Below are positions 27,223-36,836 of a stretch of 64,000 nucleotides of DNA, one piece after another. Each line of letters starts with the position of its first letter. Position 1 is the stretch's first letter. This DNA comes from Deltaproteobacteria bacterium (GTDB taxonomy: Bacteria > Myxococcota > Kuafuiibacteriia > Kuafuiibacteriales > Kuafuiibacteriaceae), in assembly GCA_040218735.1 (NCBI GenBank), contig JAVJQW010000046.1:224001-288000 (forward strand), written 5' to 3'. A program made the translations under genes and the position numbers. Below the pieces are notes generated by a model that searched no databases, had not been told where the DNA came from, and saw nothing but the letters and a program-made list of their open reading frames with translations.

Positions 27223-27777
27223 CTAGCTCGTCGGCTTGAACGTCCCGACGGTGATCGAGGCGTCCAGTCGCTCCTTGTTGTCGAAGCGTGTCTTGATCTT
27301 GAGGCGGCGCACCTTCACGAGGCGGTTCCCGCGTTCGATCTTCTCGAGGAACGCGTTGAGGCGGTCGAGGCTCACGTTCTTGATGAGGACCTCCGCGCCT
27401 TCCTCCTTCACGAGGTCCGAGCCGGTCGGGTCGCCGGGGCGCTCCGACGCGTTGCCGAGCTCGACCTGCGCCTGCTTGCTGAGGTCTTCGAGGTACGAGA
27501 GGAGGCGCATGTTCTCGTTGCGCCGCACCTCGTCCGCGATGCGCTGCTGGTCGCGCAAGCGTCGCTGGTAGTCCGTCCGGAGGCGCCCGATCTCTTCGAG
27601 CTTCTCCGCCTTGGCGACGATGCGCTTGCGCCGACCGTCGAGGTCCTTGTTCACGAAGTAGCCGCCGAAGCCGAAGATCATCACGAGGATCGCGACGACC
27701 ATGAACAGGACCATGCCCTGCTCGCGGGCTGACAGCCGCTCGAACGCTGCGGTGATCTGTCCGAGTTGCTGTTTCAT
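27223..27777 (-). CDS. gspM: Type II secretion system protein GspM
   Basis: LSAREQ followed by TM and coiled coil; position between gspL and gspN. Confidence 0.8.
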   Translation of the reverse strand: MKQQLGQITAAFERLSAREQGMVLFMVVAILVMIFGFGGYFVNKDLDGRRKRIVAKAEKLEEIGRLRTDYQRRLRDQQRIADEVRRNENMRLLSYLEDLSKQAQVELGNASERPGDPTGSDLVKEEGAEVLIKNVSLDRLNAFLEKIERGNRLVKVRRLKIKTRFDNKERLDASITVGTFKPTS

Positions 27778-29426
27778 CAGGAGCACCTCAGCTTGATGGA
27801 GAGCTGGAAGTCGACGCCGGCACCGTCACCCTTCTTCGACAGCTTCCCCTTCTTGATGTCGGAGTAACATGAGTTGGCCGAGTACGCGGACACGAGCTTG
27901 TCGACGGCGTCGAAACTCACCGTCGCTCCCGAGATACGCACGCGATCGGGGGTGACTTCCATCTCTTCGAAGGTCACGTCCACGTCCTTCGGCGTGAGCG
28001 ACGACAGCTCCGCGACCACCGCGTAGGCCGAGCGCTCGGGGAGCTTGAATGCCCCCAACTCACTCGCGGGCTCACGCACCACGGAGATGGCGACGGTGGG
28101 TTCGCAGATCTCGCGACCCACGACCTTCTTGGTGATCGAGCAGAACTCCTGGTCGATCTCAGCCTCGCGCGCGCTCACCGTGTGGTACTGCGCGAACACG
28201 TTCACCAGCGTGAGCACCGAGCACACCGCGATGGCTCCCGCGATGAACGGGACCCGGCGCCGCACGTTCTCGAGCGTGCCCGCGAACGCAAACTCACCGA
28301 CACGAAGGTCCATACGCGTCGCGCTGTCCTCCGCGGTCGTTCGAATCGCGTTCGCCAGCGCGAGTGCGTACGCCGGACGGCGCGGACCCTCGACGTTGCG
28401 CTCCACGATCTGCTCCACCGCCACGCCGTTCGCCACCGGCACGTTGAGCTGCTCGGCGAGGTAGTTGGCGAGGTTGCGAATCCGCGCGCCGCCGCCGATG
28501 AGATCGATGCGCGCGACACGCACGCGCTTCTCGCTGCGAATGGCCTGCAGCGTCCGGCGAAGCTCCTTCACGAGCGGACGAAGCCCCGACGCCACGACCT
28601 CGGACATCCGCGCTGCCGCGTCGGACGGGGCGGGGTGTCGCGCGGAGGCGACGAGGGCGTCCTCGTGTTTGCCGTCCTCGGCGTCCTCCCACTCCAGCTC
28701 GTAGGCCTGCGCGATCGCCTGGGTGACGTCGCTGCCGCCCGCGCGAATCACGCGGGTGTACGCGATGCCGTCCTCACCGCATGCGCAGACGAGGGTGCGC
28801 TCGTGTCCGATGTCCACGACCAGCCGCGCGTCCGGCGGTCCGCCGGGCGTGGGCAGGATGAACGTCGACGCTTCGGTCGAGGCCTCCTTCGGAGCCTCGG
28901 CCTTCGATGCGTCGGCCTTGAGGAAGTTCTGGTAGAGGCTGAAGAGCTGGATGACGTCCGCGGGGAGGTACCGCGGGTCGACCTTCGCGCTCTGCAACAG
29001 CGCGAGGTAGTCACTCACCTTGGCGCTCTGCGCCGCGATGCACAGCGACAGCGACGAGCCATCCTCACGCTTGTCGAGGATGGTGTGGTCGTACACGGCG
29101 TCCATGAGATCGAACGGCAGAACGTCGGCGAGCTCGCCGCCGATTGTCAGGTCGACCTTCTTGGGATCGGAGTAGGGGAGCTCGATGAACCGGGTCGTCG
29201 CGTACTCACCGGGCAACGACGCTACCGTGGTGTCGGCGCGCAGCGCGCCGTACTCGAGCAGCAGCTCGAGCGCGGCGACCTGACGCTCCGTCTTGGTGCT
29301 GTCGTCGCCGGCCCCGATCGGGACCTCGTGGACCTCTTCGACCTTGAATCCGCGGAAGCTGGACTCCACCAGCACGGCCTTCGCCGACCACGAACCGATG
29401 TCGATGCCGAGGATGCGTTGCGGCAT
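27777..29426 (-). CDS. gspL: Type II secretion system protein GspL (PilM-like actin fold + TM + periplasmic domain)
   Basis: LGIDIGSWSAKAV, VDIGHERT, GGSDVT, GGGARI. Confidence 0.85.
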   Translation of the reverse strand: MPQRILGIDIGSWSAKAVLVESSFRGFKVEEVHEVPIGAGDDSTKTERQVAALELLLEYGALRADTTVASLPGEYATTRFIELPYSDPKKVDLTIGGELADVLPFDLMDAVYDHTILDKREDGSSLSLCIAAQSAKVSDYLALLQSAKVDPRYLPADVIQLFSLYQNFLKADASKAEAPKEASTEASTFILPTPGGPPDARLVVDIGHERTLVCACGEDGIAYTRVIRAGGSDVTQAIAQAYELEWEDAEDGKHEDALVASARHPAPSDAAARMSEVVASGLRPLVKELRRTLQAIRSEKRVRVARIDLIGGGARIRNLANYLAEQLNVPVANGVAVEQIVERNVEGPRRPAYALALANAIRTTAEDSATRMDLRVGEFAFAGTLENVRRRVPFIAGAIAVCSVLTLVNVFAQYHTVSAREAEIDQEFCSITKKVVGREICEPTVAISVVREPASELGAFKLPERSAYAVVAELSSLTPKDVDVTFEEMEVTPDRVRISGATVSFDAVDKLVSAYSANSCYSDIKKGKLSKKGDGAGVDFQLSIKLRCS

Positions 29427-29432
29427 GCGTGA

Positions 29433-30695
29433 CTACTCCTCCCGCCAGTACACGATCTCACCCTGCGCGCGGTTGTCGCGCCACACGAGTGTGATCTTCG
29501 AGGACGCGTCGTTGACGCGCCCCACGGCGGTAATCCGAAAGACGTTGGCGGCGTCGTCGAAGCGGATGAACTTCTTGTCCGTCAGCTGCTTCAACTTCGC
29601 GGGGTCGTAGATGATCTGCGCCGTCGTGAGCAGCTGCTGGAAGATCGGCAACGACATCTTGTTCATGGGCGGCGGCAACGCGAGCATCAGGCTCCGCTCC
29701 TGCATGAACTTCTGGAACTTCTCCTCGTCACCGGGCTGCGGCGGCGTCACGGAGATCGCGCGAATGACCGCGCGCAGCATCCACGGGTCGGCGGTGGTCA
29801 TCGAGATGCCCACGCCGTCGCCGCTCCACACCGTGAAGTACCGTGAGAACAGACGCATGAACGCATCGTTCACGCCCGGAATCATGCGCAGCTCGGCGAG
29901 TGAGTTGAACATGCCGTTCTTGGGCTCGTACTGCACGTTGTAGGGGAGGTGGTTGTAACGCGTGTCCTCCGACGCCCCCTGCGTCGTGGTGTCCCCCGTG
30001 ACGATGCAGACCGGGTCGACGAACTCGTTGCCGTCGGTCCAGTCCGTGATGTTCGACATGATGAGGAGCCGGTTGCGAATCGGGTCGCGCGAGTCACCGA
30101 GGTTTTCGAACAACACGTCGTACTTCGGGTCGTCGAACACCGCCGTCATCAGCAGGTGCATGAAGTTCTGACAACCCACACCGAAGTCATCGGTGTTGAT
30201 GTTGATCTTGCGGTTCTCGTCGACCACCTCTTCGACCCAGAACGAGCCCGTGAAGTCACCGAAGGGTTGGTTCAGCGCGTAGCTGTCCTTCACCGCGTCG
30301 TCCTTCGGCGTCGGGTTGCGGTCGAGCAACCCCTTCATCGTGTCCGACGACACCAGGAAGCTCGACAGCTCGAACAACGGAATCGGGATGAACTGCCCGA
30401 GCGTCGACTTGATCTGGCTCTGGAAGCGCAGCACGAACAGCTCCAGCTCGACCGCGCTGCGCGCGTGCAGGTGGGACTGCAGCTCGTCCCGCGCGTTGAC
30501 CGCCGCGGCGAGGTTCACCTGCGACTCGTTCTCCAGGTCCGCCGCGATCGCGCTGAGGATGGTCGTGATGACCATGACCATGATGAGCGCGACGCCGCGT
30601 CGCTCGCGCTTCGGAGCCTGCGTCGGAGCCGCGACGATCGCGCCCCGGCGCGACCGCCGCTTCCTCGTCGGCCGGTAGATGCTCGACCACTTCAT
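29433..30695 (-). CDS. gspK: Minor pseudopilin GspK
   Basis: RRG|VALIMVMV, DENRKININ, PKNGMFNSLAELRMIPGV; ATG at 30695. Confidence 0.88.
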   Translation of the reverse strand: MKWSSIYRPTRKRRSRRGAIVAAPTQAPKRERRGVALIMVMVITTILSAIAADLENESQVNLAAAVNARDELQSHLHARSAVELELFVLRFQSQIKSTLGQFIPIPLFELSSFLVSSDTMKGLLDRNPTPKDDAVKDSYALNQPFGDFTGSFWVEEVVDENRKININTDDFGVGCQNFMHLLMTAVFDDPKYDVLFENLGDSRDPIRNRLLIMSNITDWTDGNEFVDPVCIVTGDTTTQGASEDTRYNHLPYNVQYEPKNGMFNSLAELRMIPGVNDAFMRLFSRYFTVWSGDGVGISMTTADPWMLRAVIRAISVTPPQPGDEEKFQKFMQERSLMLALPPPMNKMSLPIFQQLLTTAQIIYDPAKLKQLTDKKFIRFDDAANVFRITAVGRVNDASSKITLVWRDNRAQGEIVYWREE

Positions 30696-31372
30696 CAGAT
30701 CGTCCCCAGCTCCCGCGTCAGCGTGATGCGGGTCTTCGTCACGAACTTGAGGGTCTTGCCGTTCTCGTCCTCGATCTCCATCGTGATCTCGACGAACGGC
30801 GGCAGGCGCCCCGCGAACTCTTCGTTCTCGGTGTCCCACTCATCGGTCCAGTCCTCGTCGCGCTCGTCCCAGAACCTCAGTTTGAAGTCGGTGATGTTCT
30901 CCGCGAGGATGTACACACGCCCGCCTTCGTCGGGCTCGCGGTCGATGCGCGGGTCCTCGCGGCGCACGAGGTTGAGCTTCTTCGGGTCGTCCGGATCGCG
31001 CGCGCCGAAGTAGGAGATCTCACACTGGTCGGACTCCTTCGCGTCGGCACGCAGGATGTCGTGCGCGAAGGCCGTGAAGTGAATCTCCTGGAACGGCGAC
31101 CCGGGCTCCGACTTGAAGATCGTCTGCCACATCCGCTCCTGACCCTTGTGCCGCCGCTGCGACGTCAGGAACGCCATCGACAGCTCCTTCGCCATGCGCG
31201 TCATCGCGACGCGCACGTTGTGGTAGCGGCCGTCGATGTCGGTCACCGTCTCGTAGGCGTCGAAGCTGCGCGCGACCGAGCCCCACGTGAGCGTGGCGAT
31301 CACCGCGAGGATCGAGACCGCGAGCGCGACCTCCATGAGCGTGAGCCCCCGAGTGTGTCGTCGGCCGCGCAT
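30695..31372 (-). CDS. gspJ: Minor pseudopilin GspJ
   Basis: RG|LTLMEVALAV prepilin motif; W..EWD...LP..VEI; ATG at 31372. Confidence 0.88.
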   Translation of the reverse strand: MRGRRHTRGLTLMEVALAVSILAVIATLTWGSVARSFDAYETVTDIDGRYHNVRVAMTRMAKELSMAFLTSQRRHKGQERMWQTIFKSEPGSPFQEIHFTAFAHDILRADAKESDQCEISYFGARDPDDPKKLNLVRREDPRIDREPDEGGRVYILAENITDFKLRFWDERDEDWTDEWDTENEEFAGRLPPFVEITMEIEDENGKTLKFVTKTRITLTRELGTI

Positions 31373-32109
31373 CACTTCGTCCCCAGCTGACCGCCGCCGC
31401 GGAGCGCTTCGGCGGCAGGGTTGGTTTGTCCACCTGGGAGGGTGGAGGGGATGACGCTCTGACCGATACGCCCGCCGGGCGTCAGCCCCTGCGCAGGCAA
31501 CCCGGCCGGCGTCGCGATGCGGCCGGTCGTCGTCACGTACTGCACGAACTTCACCGACTCGAGGTCGACGCCTTCCTTGCCCCACGTGATCTCCAGCGTG
31601 ATCTCACGAATCGAGTCCGCGAGGATCTCACCTACCTGCTTGAAGACGATCTCCAACCCACCGCCCTGCATGAGTTGGGACAGCTCCGACCCTGCGTTGG
31701 CGTCCTGCGCGGCCTCGGCGCCGGACGTGCCGTTCAGCGCGCCAAGGAACCCTTCGATCTGTCCCGGGAGGTTCTCCGGATCCACGTCGCCGCCGAGCAA
31801 CCCACCGAGGAGCTGCCCGATGTCGACCTCGACCTTGCGAACGGTCGCCGACCACTTCATCTCCGAGAAGCCCTCTTCGGAGAAGTCACCGTCGAACTCT
31901 TTGTCGCTCTCCGAGAACCCCTCGTCCGCGAGCTCGATTTCGATGTCGATCATCTTCGAGCGCGCGAGCATCGTCGCCACGGTGATGCCACGCGCATAGT
32001 TGCTCCGGTTGAAGCTGTTCGCGTTGATGCCCGCGATGGCCACCAGCGCCAGCGCCAGGATCGACAACGAAACCATCACCTCGAGGAGCGTGAAGCCACG
32101 AGTCTTCAT
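31372..32109 (-). CDS. gspI: Minor pseudopilin GspI
   Basis: RG|FTLLEVMVSLSIL. Confidence 0.85.
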   Translation of the reverse strand: MKTRGFTLLEVMVSLSILALALVAIAGINANSFNRSNYARGITVATMLARSKMIDIEIELADEGFSESDKEFDGDFSEEGFSEMKWSATVRKVEVDIGQLLGGLLGGDVDPENLPGQIEGFLGALNGTSGAEAAQDANAGSELSQLMQGGGLEIVFKQVGEILADSIREITLEITWGKEGVDLESVKFVQYVTTTGRIATPAGLPAQGLTPGGRIGQSVIPSTLPGGQTNPAAEALRGGGQLGTK

Positions 32110-32834
32110 TCGTCGCCCTCCTCACGTCCGTCGTACTCTTGGATGGACGGATCTTCGAGCTGCTTGTCGTAGGTCCGCACCCGCCCGGTCAGCGGAAACA
32201 CCTTCAGCGTTACGTACTCGGTACCGTCGGAGAGCTCGATCTGCGCCGGCTCGGTCCACCCACCGCGGAAGAAGTGGATGTACGCGACGCCGCTGGTGAA
32301 CGACTCCTCCTGGTGACCCGTCCACACCTTCGAGAACCGGACGTCACCGGGGAGCGGCCGCGGTTTACCGCCCGCCTCGTCGGGCACGAAGGACGCCGCT
32401 TTGCCGCCCTCCATGACCCGCTTCACCTCGGCGTCGTCGTCGTCGTTCGAGAAGAAGCTGTCGAGCTCCTCGAGCTGCTCCTCGCCGTCGCCCTCCAGGC
32501 TCCGCTTGTCCCCCTCTTCACCGCGCATGCGCTCCTGCGCGAGGGCGTACGGATCCTCGGTGAACTCGATCCACCAGACCTGTCGGTCGAGGTCGAGCCC
32601 CAGACGCTGCGTACGCTTCTCCATGATCGCGCGGTCGTAGTTGAACTTGATCGCGCCCGCGAGTGAGAGCGCGGATGACTTCAGGTTGGCGTCCGTCAGC
32701 GCGTTGATGCTGATGACACCCACCGAGACGGCGAGCGCCGCGATCGCCAGCGCGATGGTGATCTCGATGAGCGTGAGCCCACGCTGCCGAGATCGGCGCA
32801 CGAACCCCCTTCGCTGCATCGAGGTCACCATCAC
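32106..32834 (-). CDS. gspH: Minor pseudopilin GspH
   Basis: RG|LTLIEITIAL; FFRGG, PLTGRV. Confidence 0.82.
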   Translation of the reverse strand: MMVTSMQRRGFVRRSRQRGLTLIEITIALAIAALAVSVGVISINALTDANLKSSALSLAGAIKFNYDRAIMEKRTQRLGLDLDRQVWWIEFTEDPYALAQERMRGEEGDKRSLEGDGEEQLEELDSFFSNDDDDAEVKRVMEGGKAASFVPDEAGGKPRPLPGDVRFSKVWTGHQEESFTSGVAYIHFFRGGWTEPAQIELSDGTEYVTLKVFPLTGRVRTYDKQLEDPSIQEYDGREEGDE

Positions 32835-32835
32835 G

Positions 32836-33276
32836 TCACCAGTTCTTCAGGTCGTCTTCCGTCTCGGCGACGCCGTCCGGTCCCTTCGACTGAAGGTCGA
32901 ACTTGGACTGGTTGTGCGTACCGGGGGACACGAAGATGTACTCCTGATCCCACGGGTCCTTCGGCACCGTCTCCATCAGCGGCTTCTTCCCGCCCGGCGG
33001 CTTCACGAGCGCCTGCAGGCCCTCGGCCGTGTTCGGGTAGCGGTTGAACTTGATCTTGTAGAGCTCCAGGGCCTCGGAGATGTTCTTCATCTGCACGTTG
33101 CCCGTGTCGATCTTGGCGTCCTCCAACTGATTCGCGACCGTGATGCCCACGATGCCCGCGATCAGACCGAGGATCGTCACGACGACGAGGATCTCGATCA
33201 GCGTCAAACCACGCTGTCCCCTGCGAGGGCGCCGACGACGCCGAAGCTGCTTCTTCTGGTTCATGACTTCACTCAT
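32836..33276 (-). CDS. gspG: Major pseudopilin GspG
   Basis: RG|LTLIEILVV, YPNTAEGLQALV, PKDPW, SKGPDG...TEDD. Confidence 0.93.
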   Translation of the reverse strand: MSEVMNQKKQLRRRRRPRRGQRGLTLIEILVVVTILGLIAGIVGITVANQLEDAKIDTGNVQMKNISEALELYKIKFNRYPNTAEGLQALVKPPGGKKPLMETVPKDPWDQEYIFVSPGTHNQSKFDLQSKGPDGVAETEDDLKNW

Positions 33277-33283
33277 CTGAATT

Positions 33284-34525
33284 TCACCGTACGTGCTGCG
33301 AGAGCTGGAGAATGGGCATGAGGATGGAGAACACGATGAACGCCACCGCCACGCCCATGCCGACGATCATGATGGGTTCGATCAACGTCGTGAGTTTCTC
33401 CACGCGCTGATCCACTTGGAAATCGTAGTTGTCCGCGACGTGCTCGAGCATCTGCTCGAGCTGTCCCGACTTTTCGCCCGTCGCGATCATGTGCACGACG
33501 ATCGGCGGGAACTCACCGGACTTCTTGAGCGGCGCCGCGATCGACTCACCTTCGCGGATCGCCTCGCGCGCCTCCGCAACGACGTCCGCGAGGCGGACGT
33601 TGTCGAGGACGTCCTTCGTGATGTCGAGCGCGTTCAGCACAGGGACGCCGGAGCGCAGCAGCGTCGCGAGCGTTCGGGCGAAGCGGGCGATGGCGACCAG
33701 ACGGACGACCGGGCCGAAGATCGGCGCCTTCAACGTGAAGCGGTCCCACTTCGGGCGCCCCTTCTTCGACACCTTCCAGCGGAAGAACATGTACACGGCC
33801 AGCCCCATCATCGGGAACAGGATGAACCAGTACCCCTTGATCATGTCGGCCATGAAGATGAGGAATTTCGTCTGGAGCGGGAGCTCCGCCTTCACCTGCT
33901 CGAAGATCTTCGTGATGCGCGGGATGACGACCACGAACAGGATGATCATGATGACACCGCCGACGCCGAGCATGATCACCGGGTAGAGCATCGCGCTCAG
34001 GATCTTCGACTTCAGTCGGGCTTGTGCCTCGGTGAAGTCGGCGAGCCGCACGAGCACGCTGTCGAGCGCGCCCGACGCCTCACCGGCGCGCACCATGCTC
34101 ACGTAGAGGTTGTCGAACGTCCCGGTGTGTTGGCCCATCGCGTCGGCGAGCGACGAACCTTCGTTCACCGCCGTCTTGATGCTGCCGAAGATGCGCTTCA
34201 GCTTCTCACCTTCGACCTGGTCGACGATCGCGGACAGCGCATCGATCAACGTGATGCCCGAGGCGAGCAGCGTCGCGAGCTGCCGGGTGACGAGCGCGAT
34301 GTCCGCGACGGTGACCCGCTCGAAGTACTTCGCGATGTCGATCTCGGTCGCGTTGGAACCCGCGCCGCCGTCGCTCTTGCGCTTGCGATCCTCTTCGCGG
34401 TGCTCCGTGATGCGGATGCCCTGCTTCTTCAGCAGCGAGCGGAGCGTGCGCGGTGAGTCCGCGTCGAGCAGGCCTTTGACCTCGCGGCCGCCTTCGTTGA
34501 GGCCCTTGTAGGCGTAGACCGGCAT
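33284..34525 (-). CDS. gspF: T2SS inner-membrane platform GspF
   Basis: TRQLATLL, AGEASGALD, FARTLATLL, GEKSGQLE, IEP. Confidence 0.95.
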   Translation of the reverse strand: MPVYAYKGLNEGGREVKGLLDADSPRTLRSLLKKQGIRITEHREEDRKRKSDGGAGSNATEIDIAKYFERVTVADIALVTRQLATLLASGITLIDALSAIVDQVEGEKLKRIFGSIKTAVNEGSSLADAMGQHTGTFDNLYVSMVRAGEASGALDSVLVRLADFTEAQARLKSKILSAMLYPVIMLGVGGVIMIILFVVVIPRITKIFEQVKAELPLQTKFLIFMADMIKGYWFILFPMMGLAVYMFFRWKVSKKGRPKWDRFTLKAPIFGPVVRLVAIARFARTLATLLRSGVPVLNALDITKDVLDNVRLADVVAEAREAIREGESIAAPLKKSGEFPPIVVHMIATGEKSGQLEQMLEHVADNYDFQVDQRVEKLTTLIEPIMIVGMGVAVAFIVFSILMPILQLSQHVR

Positions 34526-35055
34526 CAGTTCTTCCTCACCCGAGCCATGACGTCGTCGTCCGTGTCCGGCTCACCGTCCGGCCCGTACGACCAGACGAGT
34601 CGGTGACCGTCGCGCTCGATCAAACGGATGGGACGCCCGTACGCATCCCGGCGTTTCTTCGCGCCGTCGATTCCTGCCTGCAGCACGAGGTGCTGGTTGA
34701 GGATGGTCTTGTCGCAGACCTCCGTGACGTCGTCGTCCGTTCCCACGCGGCCGTCGCGCCCCGGCGAGAGCAGGCACCCCGCGGAGTCGGTCGGACCGGG
34801 GCGAAGCCAAACGAACGCCTGACCCCACGGGTCACGGCGAACGCGATCGAGGATCCCGACCTCGCGGTCCGCGAGTCGCTCGAGCCGCTCCGGCCACTGC
34901 CCGTAGCGCGCGCGGTACAGGAACAGCGACTGCCGCAGCGCGCGTAGCTCCGCGCTCGCCAGGTCCTTGCGCGACGGCGAGGCCTCCGGCTTCGCGAAGA
35001 ACGCGGCACCGAGCAGCACGCTGGCGCAGACGAACAGGGCGAGCGCACGTTTCAT
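34525..35055 (-). CDS. Atypical GspG-like protein with tandem pseudopilin-head motifs and no prepilin cleavage site
   Basis: DPWG...SPGRDGRVGTDDD and DAYG...SYGPDGEPDTDDD; Sec-like N-terminus; start and stop overlap gspE and gspF. Confidence 0.7.
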   Translation of the reverse strand: MKRALALFVCASVLLGAAFFAKPEASPSRKDLASAELRALRQSLFLYRARYGQWPERLERLADREVGILDRVRRDPWGQAFVWLRPGPTDSAGCLLSPGRDGRVGTDDDVTEVCDKTILNQHLVLQAGIDGAKKRRDAYGRPIRLIERDGHRLVWSYGPDGEPDTDDDVMARVRKN

Positions 35056-36836
35056 TCGACGACGACCTCCTCGTCCTTCGCGACACGGAGGACCTCTTCG
35101 GGCGTGGTGTTGCCCTGGAGCACCTTGCGCACGCCGTCCATGAGGAGCGTGCGCATGCCGTGTTCGACCGCCTGCTTCTTGATCGTGCCGGCGTCGACGT
35201 TCTTGAGGATCAGGCGCCGGATGTCGTCGTCGATCATCAGCAACTCATAAATACCGCTTCGACCGCGGTAGCCGGTCTCGAGGCAGTTGCTGCAACCCAC
35301 TTCGCTGTAGAACTGCCGACCGGGCTCGGGCTTCAGGCGCAGCTCCCGCTGTTGATCGGCGCTCGGCTCGTAGGCTGCGCGACAGTCCTTGCATAGGTTT
35401 CGCACGAGACGCTGGGCGAGGACGCCGATCAGCGTCGACGACACGAGGAACGGCTCGACACCCATGTCCACGATACGGGTGACGGCGCCGGGGGCGTCGT
35501 TGGTGTGAACGGTGGAGAGCACGAGGTGACCGGTGAGCGACGCCTGAATGGCGATCTCCGCGGTCTCACGGTCACGAATCTCACCGACCATGATGACGTC
35601 GGGGTCCTGACGAAGGAACGCGCGCAACCCATTCGCGAACGTGAGGTCGATCTTCGACTGCACCTGCATCTGGCCGATGCCGCCGAGCTGATACTCGACC
35701 GGATCCTCCGCGGTGAGGATGTTGATGTCGGGTGAGTTGATGCGCGACAGCGCCGCGTACAGCGTCGTCGTCTTACCGGAGCCCGTCGGACCGGACACCA
35801 GGATGATCCCGTGCGGTCGCGTGATGAGGTTTTCGAAGGACTGCCGGTTCTCCGGCGTGAAACCCAGATCCTCGAGCGAGAGGATGACGTTCGAACGATC
35901 GAGGATACGCATCACGACGCGCTCGCCGTGTGCGGTCGGAATCGTCGAGACACGGACGTCGATGTCCTTGCCCGCGATCTTGCGGCGGATACGACCGTCC
36001 TGCGGGAGCCGCTTCTCGGCGATGTTGAGCCCCGCCATGATCTTCACGCGCGCGATGATCGGCGACTGCGCGTGTTTGGGGGCCTCGACCTTCTTGTACA
36101 GGATGCCGTCGACGCGGTTACGCACCGCGACGCCGCGCTCGAAACACTCCACGTGAATATCCGACGCGCGGCTCTTCACCGCGTCACGGAGGAGGGCGTT
36201 CACGAAGCGAATGATCGGGGCGTCGTCGCCGCTCGACTCGTCGAGGAGGTCGAGCGCGTCTTCCGCGTCGTCGATCTCTTCCTCGTCGCTCTGGAGGTGC
36301 TGGACCGCCTCGTGCGCGAGGCCCGTCGCGCGGTCGTACACGCGGTTGATCGCTTCGCGGATGATCTCGTCGAGCGCGATGACCGGCGACAGCCGCGTGC
36401 CGAGCAGCAGCGCGAGGTCGTCGAGCGCCTCCGTGTCGACCGGGTCCTCGAGCGCCGCCACCACCGAATCACCGAGCTGGGTAATCGGGAGCACGCCGTG
36501 TTGTTTGGCGAAGGAGATCGGGACCTTCTGAACGAGCTCGTCCGGGATCTGATCGATGTCGATCTTCTCCATGAACGGCATCTCGAGCTGAATGGAGAGC
36601 GCCTTCGCGATCTGCTCGCGCGTGAGGCGCTTCATCTCCAGGAGGATCGCGCCGATGCGCCGCTCGTCACCCTTGTGTTGCGCGTCGAGCGCCGCGCCGA
36701 CGTCGTCGGCCTCGGCCATCTCGAGCTCCACCACGATCTCACCGAACGGCCGCCCCGCGAGCTGCTCGTGGGTCGCGACGTTCGCGTGGACGACGGCCGC
36801 CTCTTCCGGCGTCAGCTCTCCAGGAAGGTGAACCAT
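35052..36836 (-). CDS. gspE: T2SS ATPase GspE
   Basis: GPTGSGKTTT, EDPVEY, LRQDPDVIMVGEIRD, CxxC...CxxC. Confidence 0.96.
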   Translation of the reverse strand: MVHLPGELTPEEAAVVHANVATHEQLAGRPFGEIVVELEMAEADDVGAALDAQHKGDERRIGAILLEMKRLTREQIAKALSIQLEMPFMEKIDIDQIPDELVQKVPISFAKQHGVLPITQLGDSVVAALEDPVDTEALDDLALLLGTRLSPVIALDEIIREAINRVYDRATGLAHEAVQHLQSDEEEIDDAEDALDLLDESSGDDAPIIRFVNALLRDAVKSRASDIHVECFERGVAVRNRVDGILYKKVEAPKHAQSPIIARVKIMAGLNIAEKRLPQDGRIRRKIAGKDIDVRVSTIPTAHGERVVMRILDRSNVILSLEDLGFTPENRQSFENLITRPHGIILVSGPTGSGKTTTLYAALSRINSPDINILTAEDPVEYQLGGIGQMQVQSKIDLTFANGLRAFLRQDPDVIMVGEIRDRETAEIAIQASLTGHLVLSTVHTNDAPGAVTRIVDMGVEPFLVSSTLIGVLAQRLVRNLCKDCRAAYEPSADQQRELRLKPEPGRQFYSEVGCSNCLETGYRGRSGIYELLMIDDDIRRLILKNVDAGTIKKQAVEHGMRTLLMDGVRKVLQGNTTPEEVLRVAKDEEVVVE

